DNA of 64,000 nucleotides from Alphaproteobacteria bacterium (GCA_030425825.1 JAUHZY010000001.1:1542834-1606833); one strand, 5' to 3'. Shown: positions 1 to 10,846, numbered from the stretch's first letter. A program made the numbers and translations. Notes: generated from the letters alone by a model not told the origin.

Positions 1-398
1 CACGTATTTTTGGGAAGCTTGCAGAAGAAAATGTCAACGTAGATACGATTGTTCAAATTATTGCAGACCAAGACAGGCATACAGAAATCAGCTTCACAGT
101 TGGTGTGCATGATATGCAAAGAACACAGGAAATGTTAGAAGTTCTACGCGCCGAAATTGGCTTTAGCCATGTTTCTGCTGAGGGCAATATTGCAAAAGTT
201 TCAATTATTGGAGCGGGTATGCAGAGCCATGTTGGTGTTGCACAGAAAATGTTCCAGACCCTTGCAGATAATAATATAAATATCGAGTTGATTTCGACAT
301 CTGAAATTAAAGTAAGTGTTTTAATTCGCCAAGAGCATACAGATCTTGCGGTGAAAGCACTACATGATGCTTATGGGTTAAGTGGCTCAGGTTTATAG
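1..398 (+). CDS. lysC: Aspartate kinase, C-terminal ACT domains (5'-truncated by window edge)
   Basis: Frame open from base 3 (RIFGKLAEENVNVDTIVQ). Motifs AKVSIIGAGMQSHVGVA and NIELISTSEIKVSVLI. Confidence 0.93.
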   Translation, partial: RIFGKLAEENVNVDTIVQIIADQDRHTEISFTVGVHDMQRTQEMLEVLRAEIGFSHVSAEGNIAKVSIIGAGMQSHVGVAQKMFQTLADNNINIELISTSEIKVSVLIRQEHTDLAVKALHDAYGLSGSGL

Positions 399-404
399 AA
401 TTGA

Positions 405-433
405 TTGCAAAACTCTTTTTTTTCTGCTAGCTC
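405..433 (+). promoter_or_regulatory. Putative sigma70 promoter for rodZ-hisS operon
   Basis: TTGCAA-N17-TAGCTC in the 77-bp intergenic gap. Confidence 0.3.
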
Positions 434-475
434 TAGGGCAGTATTAATACATATTTTAGGAGTGTTGAGTCAGAA

Positions 476-1360
476 ATGACCCGTGAAACTGATAAGAAAA
501 ACAAAAAAGAGACAGAGGGCGGTCTTGGAAAGCCTTCTCAGGGTTCTCGGTCAACAAGGTCTGCAGCGCCTTCAAAAGCGCGCCATGTAGGTGCTATTTT
601 AAAAGATAAACGCCTTGAAAAGAAAATATCATTAGGCGACGTTGTGAGTGATTTGCGTATTCAAAAAGATTACATCACGGCAATAGAGGCTTCTTCTTAT
701 AGTGACTTGCCTGCGTTGACTTATGCATGTGGTTTTGTCAAGTCATATGCGATGTATCTTGGTTTTGATGGCAATGAAATTGTTGCCAAGTTTAAAAGAG
801 AAGCTGAAAGTCTTCAGGTTGCACCAAAAGACCTTCCTGTGCCTCCTATTTTAAAGATAGAAGATGCCGTACCAACAGGAAAGATTTTGGGTTTTTCTCT
901 TTTAGTTCTTGTTGTTATTTATACATTATGGTCAATTTTTTCTACACCTTCTAACGTTGAAATGGATGAAGCACTGGCGCTTGACGAGCCTGTTGCCGAG
1001 CTGCCAGATCCAGGTGAGGTTGATGCCGAATCTGGTGGAAATTTAGGTGTGTCGCTGAGTGATAGAGCTGAAAAAACCCTCTCAAAAGTTGAGCAAGGTT
1101 TGGCTGTTCCAGTTGTTATTTATGCTGAAAATGATAGTTGGATTGAGATTTCTGATTATCAGTCAAAAGTCCTGATGAGTCGTATTCTCAAAGAAGGTGA
1201 GGCCTATTCACTTCCCAACCAAACGGGCTTAAAGCTTGCAACAGGAAATGCGGGTGAAATTGAAATAAGGGTAGGTGCTAAGGCGATCCCAAAAATTGGT
1301 GGCGTCGGCGTTGTGAAGCGTAATATATCTATCGATAAGCTCATCAAAGATAATCTTTAA
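476..1360 (+). CDS. rodZ: RodZ-like cell-shape protein (HTH, single TM, DUF4115-type C-terminus)
   Basis: HTH LRIQKDYITAIEASSYSDLPALTYACGFVKSYAMYLG, one TM helix, then SWIEI...TGNAGEIEI. Confidence 0.85.
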   Translation: MTRETDKKNKKETEGGLGKPSQGSRSTRSAAPSKARHVGAILKDKRLEKKISLGDVVSDLRIQKDYITAIEASSYSDLPALTYACGFVKSYAMYLGFDGNEIVAKFKREAESLQVAPKDLPVPPILKIEDAVPTGKILGFSLLVLVVIYTLWSIFSTPSNVEMDEALALDEPVAELPDPGEVDAESGGNLGVSLSDRAEKTLSKVEQGLAVPVVIYAENDSWIEISDYQSKVLMSRILKEGEAYSLPNQTGLKLATGNAGEIEIRVGAKAIPKIGGVGVVKRNISIDKLIKDNL

Positions 1361-1368
1361 GGTAAGTC

Positions 1369-2619
1369 ATGTCTAAGCTTCAGCCTGTTCGTGGTACGCG
1401 TGATATTTATGGGCAATTAGCCTATCGTCACCACCATATCATAGATACATCATTCGAGGTTTGTCGACGATATGGGTATGATCGTATTTCTACGCCGATA
1501 TTTGAATTTACAAATGTTTTTCTGCGCTCGATTGGTGAGACAACAGACATTGTTTCAAAAGAAATGTACAGTTTTGAAGACCGTAAAGGTGAAAGCTTGA
1601 CGCTTCGCCCTGAAGGAACCGCAGGGGTTGTGAGGTCTTTGATTTCAAATGGTCGCTTTCAAGAGTTGCCTTTGAAACAATTTTACGCAGGACCAATGTT
1701 TCGTTATGAACGCCCTCAAAAAGGACGCTATCGTCAGTTTCATCAAATTGGTGCCGAGTATTTAGGCGCTGAAGAGCCACGCTCGGATGTTGAGGCTATT
1801 TCAATGGCATTCAATGTTTTGCAAGCATTGGGTTTGGATAAAAGTATTTCTTTGGAAATTAATACGCTTGGCGATGAAGATTCAAGAAGTGCTTATCGTG
1901 ATGCATTGGTAGCATATTTTGCAAAATATAAGAATGATCTTTCTGCTGACAGCCAAATGCGCTTAGAAAAAAATCCTTTACGCATCTTGGATTCAAAAAA
2001 TGAGACAGATAAAGAAATTTCAAGCCAAGCACCTGCTTTTGAGGCATTTTTGAATGCCTCTTCAAAAACATATTTCGAGAACGTATGCAAAGGCCTAGAA
2101 AATCTTGGTCTGAGCTATGTTCTGAATGACAAGCTCGTCAGGGGACTAGACTATTACTCACATAGTGTTTTTGAGTTTGTTACAAACGAGTTAGGCGCAC
2201 AAGGGACTGTTCTGGCAGGCGGTCGCTATGATGGGCTTGTTCAACAAATGGGTGGTAAGCCAACACCCGCAATTGGATGGGCTGCAGGTATCGAAAGACT
2301 AGAGATGTTAATGCCAGATTTGGCAGAAGACTTGCCCGTTACGATGATGATGCCGATTGGCGAGACAACGTTTAGTGAGGCCGAGAAATTGATGCATGAC
2401 TTGAGAAGTGCAGGTCATAAAGTCATCAGTGACTATGCGGGCAATCTAAAGAAAAGATTTGCACGCGCAGATAAGGTGGGTGCAAAACTTGCCATTATCT
2501 TAGGTGAAGAAGAATTAAGTAAGAATGTTGTTATGTTGAAGAACATGAAAACAGGTGAACAAGATGAAGTAGAAATTAATCAACTAGAAAAGAAGATCAG
2601 AGAAAACCATGAGTCTTGA
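1369..2619 (+). CDS. hisS: Histidyl-tRNA synthetase
   Basis: [41 protein letters not shown]. Confidence 0.98.
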   Translation: MSKLQPVRGTRDIYGQLAYRHHHIIDTSFEVCRRYGYDRISTPIFEFTNVFLRSIGETTDIVSKEMYSFEDRKGESLTLRPEGTAGVVRSLISNGRFQELPLKQFYAGPMFRYERPQKGRYRQFHQIGAEYLGAEEPRSDVEAISMAFNVLQALGLDKSISLEINTLGDEDSRSAYRDALVAYFAKYKNDLSADSQMRLEKNPLRILDSKNETDKEISSQAPAFEAFLNASSKTYFENVCKGLENLGLSYVLNDKLVRGLDYYSHSVFEFVTNELGAQGTVLAGGRYDGLVQQMGGKPTPAIGWAAGIERLEMLMPDLAEDLPVTMMMPIGETTFSEAEKLMHDLRSAGHKVISDYAGNLKKRFARADKVGAKLAIILGEEELSKNVVMLKNMKTGEQDEVEINQLEKKIRENHES

Positions 2620-3685
2620 TGAAAAACTTTCCCATTTTATAGAGCGTCACGGTGAGGTTTCGACAAAACTCTCAGGCGGTGATTTGTCTTCTGAAGACTT
2701 TACGAAGTTATCAAAAGAGTATGCCGAGCTTGAGCCTGTTGTTGAAAAAGCAGTTCTTTATAAGGAATCGGTTGATGGGATGGCTCAAGCCAAGCTGATG
2801 ATGGAAGATGATGACGCTGAAATGAAAGCATTGGCGGAAGAAGAGTATTATGCTCTCAAAACGACGATCGAAGAGCTGGAAAGTGATATCAAAGTTCTTC
2901 TGATTCCAAAAGACGAAGCAGATACTAAAAACGCAATTCTAGAAATCCGTGCGGGAACGGGAGGAGATGAGGCAGGCTTGTTTGCTGCTGATCTTTTCCG
3001 TATGTATCAGCGTTACGCAGAGTCAAAAAGATGGAAATTCGAAACCTTATCTATGTCTGATACAGGGATTGGTGGCATCAAAGAGGTCAGCGCAACAATT
3101 ACAGGAAGTAATGTTTTTGCAAAGTTGAAGTTTGAATCTGGTGTGCATCGTGTGCAGAGAGTTCCAGATACTGAAACAAGTGGTCGTATTCACACGTCGG
3201 CTGCAACGGTAGCCATTTTGCCTGAGGCAGAAGAAGTTGATGTTGATATAGAAGAAAAAGATTTGAGAATTGACTTTTACCGTGCCAGTGGTCCTGGTGG
3301 ACAGTCTGTCAACACAACTGATAGTGCTGTGCGCATTACCCACCTTCCAACAGGTGTTGTGGTGCAGCAGCAAGATGAGAAGTCTCAACATAAAAACAAA
3401 GCAAAGGCGATGAAAGTTTTACGTTCCCGTGTTTATGAGGCAGAACGCCAGCGCCAAATGGACGAGCGCTCACAAAACCGTAAAGACCAAGTGGGATCAG
3501 GTGACCGTTCTGAGCGTATTCGTACATATAACTTCCCACAAGGTCGTGTGACAGATCATCGCATTAACCTGACGCTTTACAAATTAGACAAAATTCTGGA
3601 AGGCGAAGGTTTGGATGAAATGATTGATGCTTTGATGGTTGAAGATCAAGCAAAAAAACTGGCGCATCTTGAAGAAGCTTCATGA
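2609..3685 (+). CDS. prfA: Peptide chain release factor 1
   Basis: GGQ motif and RF1-type PxT (RVPDTE). Confidence 0.98.
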   Translation: MSLDEKLSHFIERHGEVSTKLSGGDLSSEDFTKLSKEYAELEPVVEKAVLYKESVDGMAQAKLMMEDDDAEMKALAEEEYYALKTTIEELESDIKVLLIPKDEADTKNAILEIRAGTGGDEAGLFAADLFRMYQRYAESKRWKFETLSMSDTGIGGIKEVSATITGSNVFAKLKFESGVHRVQRVPDTETSGRIHTSAATVAILPEAEEVDVDIEEKDLRIDFYRASGPGGQSVNTTDSAVRITHLPTGVVVQQQDEKSQHKNKAKAMKVLRSRVYEAERQRQMDERSQNRKDQVGSGDRSERIRTYNFPQGRVTDHRINLTLYKLDKILEGEGLDEMIDALMVEDQAKKLAHLEEAS

Positions 3686-4527
3686 AACTTGAGGCTGTTC
3701 TTAATAATGTTTCTTGCCAGCTAAAAGAGGTAGGTATCGAAAACTCGCGCCATGAAGCAAGACTTATTTTATCTCATATTTTAGGACTCTCTAAAGAAAA
3801 GATTTTCCTGGAAAAGTCTCTCAAAGTTTCGAAGAAAGATCTTGAAGATGTGTCGCGCGTGACAGAAATGAGGTGTGCCAGAAAACCTCTTTCTAAAATC
3901 AAAAATGTTAAAGAATTTTGGTCTCTTGATTTTTTTGTGAATGAAGACGTGCTTGATCCACGACCTGACTCTGAGATCTTGATAGAGGCTGTGACTGGAA
4001 GAATTAATGATAAAAATCAGAATATTAGCGTTCTTGAGTTAGGTGTTGGGAGTGGATGTTTGGTCGTGACATTGCTGCATCTTTTTGAAAATGCGAAAGC
4101 GGTGGCCACAGATATTTCATTAAACGCTTGCCAGGTGGCGCGGAAAAATGCAAAAATGCATGGCGTATCTGATAGATTAGAAGTTTGTCAGATGTCTTGG
4201 GGAAGTTCCTTGGACGGCAAGTTTGATGTGATAATATCGAACCCTCCTTATATTTCCCTAAATGATAAAAACGCCCTTCAGCCTGAAGTTCACTATGATC
4301 CTTCTATTGCCCTTTATGGGGGTGATGATGGTCTTGATTGTTACAGGTCGTTAGCACCTGATATAAGGCGCCTTTTGTCTTGTGACGGCTTTGCTGTTCT
4401 TGAAATTGGTGATGACCAGGAGAAAGATGTTGAAGGCATTTTTGCCCAAGAAGGCTTAAAAGTTTTAGAGATTAAGAAAGATTTATCATTAAAGAATCGT
4501 TGTTTGATTGTTCAACTAAAGGAGTAG
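3682..4527 (+). CDS. prmC: Release factor glutamine methyltransferase
   Basis: [26 protein letters not shown] overlap with prfA. Confidence 0.96.
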   Translation: MKLEAVLNNVSCQLKEVGIENSRHEARLILSHILGLSKEKIFLEKSLKVSKKDLEDVSRVTEMRCARKPLSKIKNVKEFWSLDFFVNEDVLDPRPDSEILIEAVTGRINDKNQNISVLELGVGSGCLVVTLLHLFENAKAVATDISLNACQVARKNAKMHGVSDRLEVCQMSWGSSLDGKFDVIISNPPYISLNDKNALQPEVHYDPSIALYGGDDGLDCYRSLAPDIRRLLSCDGFAVLEIGDDQEKDVEGIFAQEGLKVLEIKKDLSLKNRCLIVQLKE

Positions 4528-4533
4528 TTTTTT

Positions 4534-5097
4534 ATGACTATGAATAATGCAGAAAAAGCATCCACAAGAGCGAATACGTCATCTCATAAGAAAAGATACA
4601 ATAATAACAAAAAAAGATCTGGGAACAGGTTCGACAATCCGAATAACAACCGTCATTCGAAGTCAAAGAATGGCAGACAAAATATTTTTCAAAGTTATGA
4701 AAAAAATATGAATAAGGCCAAAGAAGTTCTTTCCATGGGTGACTATATTGACGCACAAGATTATTTCCAAGCAGCTGAGCATTATTCCAGATTGATTCTA
4801 GAAAGCGGTGGTGAATTAAAACCGAAAAGAAATTCGCAGAATCAGAATGGCAATGCAAAAGCAGGTAACACACAAACAACAGACACTAAAGCGACAACAA
4901 CACCTGCGAGCTCACCAACAAAGGTTGTTAAAAACACCCAAAAGACAGAGGGTAAAACATCCACGCCCACAGCGTCAAAAACAGCACCTGCCGAGACAAC
5001 TTCCAGATCTAAGAATTCGGAAGCACGTATTATTGTCAGCCGCTCTCCTCATGAAAAAAATGGAAAAATTGAGGACGAGACTTTACAAGCAGTTTAA
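4534..5097 (+). CDS. DUF4167-domain protein
   Basis: GDYIDAQDYFQAAEHYSR core with low-complexity flanks. Usual position between prmC and clpB. Confidence 0.8.
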   Translation: MTMNNAEKASTRANTSSHKKRYNNNKKRSGNRFDNPNNNRHSKSKNGRQNIFQSYEKNMNKAKEVLSMGDYIDAQDYFQAAEHYSRLILESGGELKPKRNSQNQNGNAKAGNTQTTDTKATTTPASSPTKVVKNTQKTEGKTSTPTASKTAPAETTSRSKNSEARIIVSRSPHEKNGKIEDETLQAV

Positions 5098-5109
5098 TTC
5101 TCCCCATAT
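5081..5109 (+). promoter_or_regulatory. Putative RpoH (sigma32) promoter of clpB
   Basis: CTTTAC-N15-CCCCATAT. The -10 matches the heat-shock consensus CCCCATNT, upstream of a heat-shock gene. Confidence 0.5.
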
Positions 5110-5148
5110 CAATCTTAGGTATTAACCATAAAGATTGAGGGGTTTTAT

Positions 5149-7713
5149 ATGACACCTGAGAAATATTCAGAAAAGCTTAAATCTACCTTACAGAGGGCTC
5201 ATTCTGCTGCTGTGCGTGCAAGCCATCAGTATATTTCTTTAACACATCTTGTGTTTGCTTTCTTAAACGATGATGAAGATAACTCTATTCGTCAGCTGGT
5301 TGATCTAGCAGGCGGTGACGCAGATCGTTTGGCACAAGATATTGACCTTATTTTGTCAAAGCAGCCAAAAGTCGAAGGTGCAGAGGCGCGTGTTTATATG
5401 AAACCCGACCTTGCTAAAACATTAGAAGACGCAGGACAGTTGGCAGCCAAGGCCGGTGACAAATATTTGACAACAGAATATGTTTTATTAGCAATTTTGT
5501 TGGGCACTAATGATTTAGTCGACATTTTTAAATCGAGCGGTGTGACGCCACAGTCTTTAAAAAAAGCAGTCAAAGAAATGCGCAAAGGTCGTACAGCCGA
5601 TGAAGCAACAGCAGAAAGTCAGTATAATGCGTTGCAAAAATATGCACGTGATTTAACTGAAGTTGCAGCCGCAGGCAAGCTAGATCCTGTGATTGGGCGT
5701 GATGAAGAAATTCGTCGTACAATTCAAGTGTTATCGCGTCGTACAAAAAATAACCCTGTATTGATCGGAGAGCCAGGCGTTGGGAAGACGGCGATTATTG
5801 AAGGTATGGCTTTACGGATCATTAACGGTGACGTGCCAGAATCGTTAAAAGATAAAAGACTGCTTTCTCTTGACTTGGGCTCCTTGATCGCAGGCGCAAA
5901 ATTTCGAGGTGAATTTGAAGAGAGACTCAAGGCTGTGCTTGCAGAAGTCGGTGAAGCGGCAGGACAAATTATTCTTTTTATTGATGAGCTTCATACGCTT
6001 GTTGGTGCAGGAAAAGCAGATGGTGCAATGGACGCATCCAATATGTTAAAGCCAGCTTTGGCACGTGGAGAGCTGCATTGTGTTGGTGCAACAACGCTGG
6101 ATGAGTACCGTAAATACATCGAAAAAGACGCGGCACTTGCAAGGCGCTTTCAGCCTGTTTTTGTGAGTGAGCCTAGTGTTGAAGAGACCATTTCAATCCT
6201 GCGTGGTTTGAAAGAGAAGTATGAATTACACCATGGGATTCGTATTGCTGATGGTGCGCTTGTCTCTGCAACGACGTTATCAGATCGTTATATCTCGGAT
6301 CGTTTCTTACCAGACAAGGCGATTGATTTGATGGATGAAGCGGCTGCACGTTTGCGTATGGTTGTTGATTCAAAGCCTGAAGAAATCGAAGATCTTGACC
6401 GTCGCATTATTCAATTGAAAATAGAACAAGAGGCGTTACGAAAAGAAAAAGACCAGGCGTCGCAAGATAGATTATCCGCTTTAGAAAGCGAGTTACCAGA
6501 ACTGGAACAAAAATCTTTAGAATTAACAACAGTATGGCAAGCAGAAAAAGACAAGCTAATGGCTGCTCAGGACATTAAAGAAACCTTAGACCAAGCAAGG
6601 TCAGAGCTTGATGCAGCACAACGTGCAGGAAACCTGACGCGTGCAGGAGAGCTTTCTTATGGCGTTATTCCTGATCTTGAGAAGCGCTTGGAGGAAGCCC
6701 AAAAAGCAGCTGAGAATCGTATGATTAATGAAGAAGTTACTGCAAGCGATATTGCCGCAATTGTTTCAAAGTGGACAGGCGTGCCAGTGGATAAAATGCT
6801 GGAAGGTGAGAAAGAGAAATTACTGAGTATGGAGGCAAACCTAGCAAAACGCGTTGTTGGCCAGGCACAAGCAATTGAGTCTGTCTCACAGGCAATTCGT
6901 CGTTCACGTGCAGGGCTTCAAGATCCAAATCGTCCAATTGGGTCCTTTATGTTTTTGGGGCCAACAGGCGTTGGTAAAACAGAGCTAACAAAAGCATTGG
7001 CAGAATTTCTTTTTGATGATGAGACAGCAATGGTGCGTATTGATATGTCTGAGTATATGGAAAAACATTCTGTTTCTCGGCTTATTGGCGCCCCTCCAGG
7101 ATATGTGGGGTATGATGAAGGAGGTGCATTAACAGAAGCTGTTCGTCGTCGTCCTTATCAGGTCGTTTTATTTGATGAGGTTGAGAAGGCGCACCCTGAT
7201 GTTTTCAATATTTTATTACAAGTTTTGGATGATGGTCGTCTGACAGATGGTCAAGGTCGTACCGTTGATTTTAGAAATGTTATTATTATTATGACATCTA
7301 ATTTGGGGAGTGAGCATCTAACACAGGCGACAACAGAAAATATGGACAAAGCGCATGCAGGTGTGATGGATGTTGTCAAAGCTTCTTTCCGTCCAGAGTT
7401 TTTAAACCGTATTGATGACATCTTGATCTTTAACAAATTAAGTCGTGAGCATATGACGAGCATTGTTGATATACAGTTGCGTCGTTTGGATAAGCTGTTG
7501 GCGGATAGAAAAATTACATTAATTCTAGACAATACCTCTAAAAAATGGATTGCAGACAAAGGGTTTGACCCTGTTTATGGCGCTCGTCCTTTAAAGCGTG
7601 TGATTCAGCAACAAGTGCAAAACCCATTAGCCGAAGCTCTTTTGAAAGGGGATATTGGTGATGGACAAGAGATAAAAGCAACAATCCAGGATGAGAAAAT
7701 ATCCTTTTCTTAA
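5149..7713 (+). CDS. clpB: ATP-dependent chaperone ClpB
   Basis: Two AAA+ modules ([16 protein letters not shown]), coiled-coil middle domain, GAPPGYVGY. Confidence 0.98.
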   Translation: MTPEKYSEKLKSTLQRAHSAAVRASHQYISLTHLVFAFLNDDEDNSIRQLVDLAGGDADRLAQDIDLILSKQPKVEGAEARVYMKPDLAKTLEDAGQLAAKAGDKYLTTEYVLLAILLGTNDLVDIFKSSGVTPQSLKKAVKEMRKGRTADEATAESQYNALQKYARDLTEVAAAGKLDPVIGRDEEIRRTIQVLSRRTKNNPVLIGEPGVGKTAIIEGMALRIINGDVPESLKDKRLLSLDLGSLIAGAKFRGEFEERLKAVLAEVGEAAGQIILFIDELHTLVGAGKADGAMDASNMLKPALARGELHCVGATTLDEYRKYIEKDAALARRFQPVFVSEPSVEETISILRGLKEKYELHHGIRIADGALVSATTLSDRYISDRFLPDKAIDLMDEAAARLRMVVDSKPEEIEDLDRRIIQLKIEQEALRKEKDQASQDRLSALESELPELEQKSLELTTVWQAEKDKLMAAQDIKETLDQARSELDAAQRAGNLTRAGELSYGVIPDLEKRLEEAQKAAENRMINEEVTASDIAAIVSKWTGVPVDKMLEGEKEKLLSMEANLAKRVVGQAQAIESVSQAIRRSRAGLQDPNRPIGSFMFLGPTGVGKTELTKALAEFLFDDETAMVRIDMSEYMEKHSVSRLIGAPPGYVGYDEGGALTEAVRRRPYQVVLFDEVEKAHPDVFNILLQVLDDGRLTDGQGRTVDFRNVIIIMTSNLGSEHLTQATTENMDKAHAGVMDVVKASFRPEFLNRIDDILIFNKLSREHMTSIVDIQLRRLDKLLADRKITLILDNTSKKWIADKGFDPVYGARPLKRVIQQQVQNPLAEALLKGDIGDGQEIKATIQDEKISFS

Positions 7714-7722
7714 AAAAACCTC

Positions 7723-7751
7723 TTGACCTTAGTGTTTCCTAATCGTACACT
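7723..7751 (+). promoter_or_regulatory. Sigma70 promoter embedded in an inverted repeat (7721-7762)
   Basis: TTGACC-N17-TACACT, flanked by arms TCTTGACCTTAGTGT and ACACTTGAGGTCAAGA. Confidence 0.6.
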
Positions 7752-7826
7752 TGAGGTCAAGAAGCGCTGAGTTAATATTCAACTTGCGGGCGCTATATAA
7801 AATCAGCTAAAGCGGGACGCATAAAT

Positions 7827-7858
7827 GCCACTTTTGCCCGCGCTTAAGTGGTTTTTTT
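7827..7858 (+). terminator. Terminator-like hairpin 1
   Basis: GCCACTT-loop-AAGTGGT followed by a T-run. Confidence 0.5.
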
Positions 7859-7867
7859 ATATCTTCA

Positions 7868-7908
7868 GACCCGTTTCAGCTAAAAAGTTGATCGGGTTTT
7901 TTGTTTTT
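7868..7908 (+). terminator. Intrinsic terminator 2
   Basis: GACCCG-TT-TCAGCT-AAAA-AGTTGA-T-CGGGTT followed by TTTTGTTTTT. Confidence 0.7.
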
Positions 7909-7987
7909 AATAACGGGATTTGTGAATGCTTGCGCCGTAACAGCTAAGCAAAATAACAAATCCTCAAGTCAATTGAGGAGAATTAAA

Positions 7988-8533
7988 ATGGGTGGTATTT
8001 TCGACGGAGATAAACAAAATAAAAGATATCCTGAGGTGCCAAGTTACTCTGGGTATGAGGAGTTTGAGTTATTAAGTCGTCGTGAGGCAGAAAAATTAGG
8101 CTTAAAACAGGACCTATCTATTTCATTTAATTACAATCCAATATTATGGTTCAAAGTTAAAGGGACGGATAACATTTTTCAGGCTCATTCAGAGCAGTTC
8201 GTAGATAAAAAAGGTAATCCTTATTTCGTTCCTCATGTTGTAGATGGGAAGATATCTACTCCTAAAACTGTTGTGCGGGAATGTATTAATGGGTCTGATT
8301 TTTCTGGCCCCGTAAACGATGACAAAAAGACTAAGATAGCCCAATATTTGAAGGGCTTACCAGAAATAACACAAAATAATAATCCTTTGGTTCAAGACTT
8401 AAACATCTTAGATGGTCAAGCGAGTCAAACAGAGGCTGTGAGCTATCAGGCACAGGCACTTTCATCGAAAATACAAGAAAGTGGATATACACTTTTCGAC
8501 CCAAGGTCTCTTAGCTTCACGTCAGCGCGTTAA
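7988..8533 (+). CDS. Orphan hypothetical protein (181 aa)
   Basis: ATG at 7988 with GAGGAG SD 7 nt upstream. No family recognised. Confidence 0.7.
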   Translation: MGGIFDGDKQNKRYPEVPSYSGYEEFELLSRREAEKLGLKQDLSISFNYNPILWFKVKGTDNIFQAHSEQFVDKKGNPYFVPHVVDGKISTPKTVVRECINGSDFSGPVNDDKKTKIAQYLKGLPEITQNNNPLVQDLNILDGQASQTEAVSYQAQALSSKIQESGYTLFDPRSLSFTSAR

Positions 8534-8949
8534 TTATGTTGAAGTGATTTTTTAACTTCTGGCGGCATGTAATTTTCGTCATGTTTCGCCAAAATGCGGT
8601 GGGCAGTGAAAAGAGTTTTAGGCTTCTCTTTGAAACTGCCCTCCGCTATCACGCCTTGCCCTTCACGAAAAAGGGCAGGGACGATACCGCTGAATTCAAC
8701 CCGTATTTCATGCTTAAAGTCTGTGATGGTGAATGATGTCATTAAACCTTTTTTCTGAATGGAGTTTTCTTTGACCATACCGCCCACGCGCATTTCTTTA
8801 TTTTCTTCAATACCTTTTTTAATCACATCACTAGGGCTGTAAAAATAGAGTAAATTTTCCTCCAAGCTGGTCAAAATAAGGTATGCACCAAAAGCCATGC
8901 TGAGTGCGCCAATGACAAGTGTTAGGATGCGCTTTTTTTTATTTGTCAT
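8530..8949 (-). CDS. ccmE: Cytochrome c maturation heme chaperone CcmE
   Basis: LFREGQGV and LAKHDENYMPPEV. Confidence 0.96.
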   Translation of the reverse strand: MTNKKKRILTLVIGALSMAFGAYLILTSLEENLLYFYSPSDVIKKGIEENKEMRVGGMVKENSIQKKGLMTSFTITDFKHEIRVEFSGIVPALFREGQGVIAEGSFKEKPKTLFTAHRILAKHDENYMPPEVKKSLQHN

Positions 8950-9053
8950 TTTTGAAGCTTCCGCAGCTGTAAATAAGACTTTAGAAAGAGGCTGCCATAA
9001 ACAGACAATCCAACAAGATAAGAACCATAAATATAAAAAGAATAATCAGGCAT
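8946..9053 (-). CDS. ccmD: Heme exporter protein CcmD (35 aa; not in ORF track)
   Basis: Hand-translated MPDYSFYIYGSYLVGLSVYGSLFLKSYLQLRKLQK. Tyr-rich N-terminus, one TM, basic tail. Overlaps both ccmC and ccmE. Confidence 0.85.
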   Translation of the reverse strand: MPDYSFYIYGSYLVGLSVYGSLFLKSYLQLRKLQK

Positions 9054-9768
9054 CACGCACCTTTTTTAGCTTCTTACGTCTTTCTTTTGCCTTTAAAAGC
9101 TCTGCTTCCATTTTCATCATAAATGTTAACAAGAAAAATCCAATAAAACCAACAAATACAATCAGAAGAGGCGTCAGCATACTGCTATGAATTGTGGGAC
9201 CATCAAGGCGTATCACGCTGGCAGGCTGGTGTAGTGTGTTCCACCATTCAACAGAAAATTTAATAATAGGAATATTAACGGCACCGATTAAAATAAAGTA
9301 ACGTGCAAGCCTGAGATCAGAAGATTTTGCTGTTGAGGTTGTTAGCAGCATATATCCAAGATACATAAAAAATAAAATTAAAACAGAAGTCAGGCGCGCG
9401 TCCCAAACCCACCAAGCTCCCCACATTGGTTTACCCCATAAGGATCCCGTGATAAGGCTAACAAATGTGAAGCATGCGCCAATTGGGGCAGTAACTTTGC
9501 AAGCAATATCAGCAAGTGAGTGCTGCCAAATAAAAGCACAACACGCCATCACTGTCATGAAACTATAACAAAACAAAGCCATCCAGCTACTAGGAACATG
9601 CATGTACATAATTTTAATGGTTTCACCCTGTTGGTAATCATTCGGGACATTGAGAAAAACTTGTGCATAGCCAAGTCCCAAAACAATAAATGTTAGAAAA
9701 AGAGTAGGCAAAAATATTTTGTTTTTAAGTTTTAGAAAGTTAGAAGGATTGGCAAGGAAATGAATCAT
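9046..9768 (-). CDS. ccmC: Heme exporter protein CcmC
   Basis: WWD motif GSLWGKPMWGAWWVWDARLTS and WWNTLHQ. Start moved to MIHFLANP. Confidence 0.96.
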   Translation of the reverse strand: MIHFLANPSNFLKLKNKIFLPTLFLTFIVLGLGYAQVFLNVPNDYQQGETIKIMYMHVPSSWMALFCYSFMTVMACCAFIWQHSLADIACKVTAPIGACFTFVSLITGSLWGKPMWGAWWVWDARLTSVLILFFMYLGYMLLTTSTAKSSDLRLARYFILIGAVNIPIIKFSVEWWNTLHQPASVIRLDGPTIHSSMLTPLLIVFVGFIGFFLLTFMMKMEAELLKAKERRKKLKKVRDA

Positions 9769-10406
9769 TATAACCCGAGTATTTTTTGAACAACCAGTAT
9801 TGTCCCCATAACAACACCCCATGACATAAATGCTAGTAAAACAGTTGAAACAACCGTTGCAATAAATCCAATAATAACAAAGACTCCATCTTTTTCAATG
9901 AGACCAAGCGCCATTAAAATCAAGCTTGCTGCAGGTGGCGGATTGCCCAATGGAATAGGCAGCATCATCGTGAAAGCTGTAAAGATTGTTAGGGCTGCAA
10001 TAAAGCATTCCGCTTTTCGTGTAAAAAGCCATGAAAGCCTTGGCTTTAAGAGCTTTTCAGAAAAACGGAAAACAGGAATAACATGATTGATCACTTTAAC
10101 AAATGGTTCGAAAGGAACTTCTTTTTTTGCGACAAATTTAGGGAGTATAGGGTGCTCATAGTCTTTCCACATTTGTACGCAAAGCCCCATAATCACAACT
10201 GCTAGAACAATAGAAATACCAGGAACAGAAACAGGAAGAAGATTAGGAATCGCAAGGATAACAATTAAAAGACCATAACTTCGGTCTCCTAAATAATCCA
10301 TGAGGCCTTCTAGTGTAATCTTTTCTTTGTTCCAGTTTTGAACAATATTCTCCAGTATTCTGGAGATAGGAAGGCGTTCCTCGTGCGGGAGATGTTTGAT
10401 CATCAC
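9768..10406 (-). CDS. ExoD-family membrane protein
   Basis: LGDRSYGLLIVILAIPNLLP, LPIPLGN, LGLIEKDG. Start is GTG 10406 or ATG 10403. Confidence 0.88.
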   Translation of the reverse strand: MMIKHLPHEERLPISRILENIVQNWNKEKITLEGLMDYLGDRSYGLLIVILAIPNLLPVSVPGISIVLAVVIMGLCVQMWKDYEHPILPKFVAKKEVPFEPFVKVINHVIPVFRFSEKLLKPRLSWLFTRKAECFIAALTIFTAFTMMLPIPLGNPPPAASLILMALGLIEKDGVFVIIGFIATVVSTVLLAFMSWGVVMGTILVVQKILGL

Positions 10407-10846
10407 GTATCTCCTGCTTCCCAAGGGAAAAAGACCCATGTGTTCTGATCGACAAGCTCAATATAATGTTTGGCCAGAGCCTTACCTTTTGGTTTTGCAA
10501 AAAGTGTTGCCAGTGTCAGCTTGGGAAATTTTTCATGAATGATTTTTGCTGTTTCACCTGTGTCAACGATATCGTCAATAACCAACCAGTTCTTAGAAAG
10601 GTCAAGATCGGGTGTCTTGAGGATCTCTAAGCTACGTTGTGACTGATCATCATAACTAGAGATACAAATTGTATCAACGACACGGATTTTTAATTCTTGC
10701 GCTATGAGGGCTGCAGGGATCATTCCACCGCGCGTAATAGCCAGAATGCCGTCCCACTTCTTGTGTGAGACATTGGCAGATAGCGCTTTGCACATATGAT
10801 GAATCTCTTCCCAAGAGACGTGGCGTTCTTTTGTCATCTCGCTCAT
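10403..10846 (-). CDS. gpt: Xanthine-guanine phosphoribosyltransferase
   Basis: AITRGGMIPA, PRPP motif VIDDIVDTGET, TWVFFPWE. Confidence 0.93.
   Translation of the reverse strand: MSEMTKERHVSWEEIHHMCKALSANVSHKKWDGILAITRGGMIPAALIAQELKIRVVDTICISSYDDQSQRSLEILKTPDLDLSKNWLVIDDIVDTGETAKIIHEKFPKLTLATLFAKPKGKALAKHYIELVDQNTWVFFPWEAGDT

Larger units (their letters stand above)
7757..7987 (+). ncRNA. Putative structured cis-regulatory leader or small RNA, family unassigned
   Basis: Five consecutive hairpins: two terminator-like, and one sequestering the downstream GAGGAG. Confidence 0.5.

Noticed and set aside
7795-7850. GGGACGCA resembling the c-di-GMP-I riboswitch core
   Set aside because: No upstream GGCAAA, no GNRA tetraloop and only weak P2 pairing, so not called without a covariance-model hit.
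7825-7947. 40-codon hydrophobic ORF (MPLLPALKWFFYIF...) inside the structured leader
   Set aside because: No clear SD, and its hydrophobicity comes from the terminator T-runs it crosses.
7901-7987. N-terminal extension of the orphan ORF given in the track
   Set aside because: The TTG start lies in a terminator T-tract, while ATG 7988 has a GAGGAG SD.
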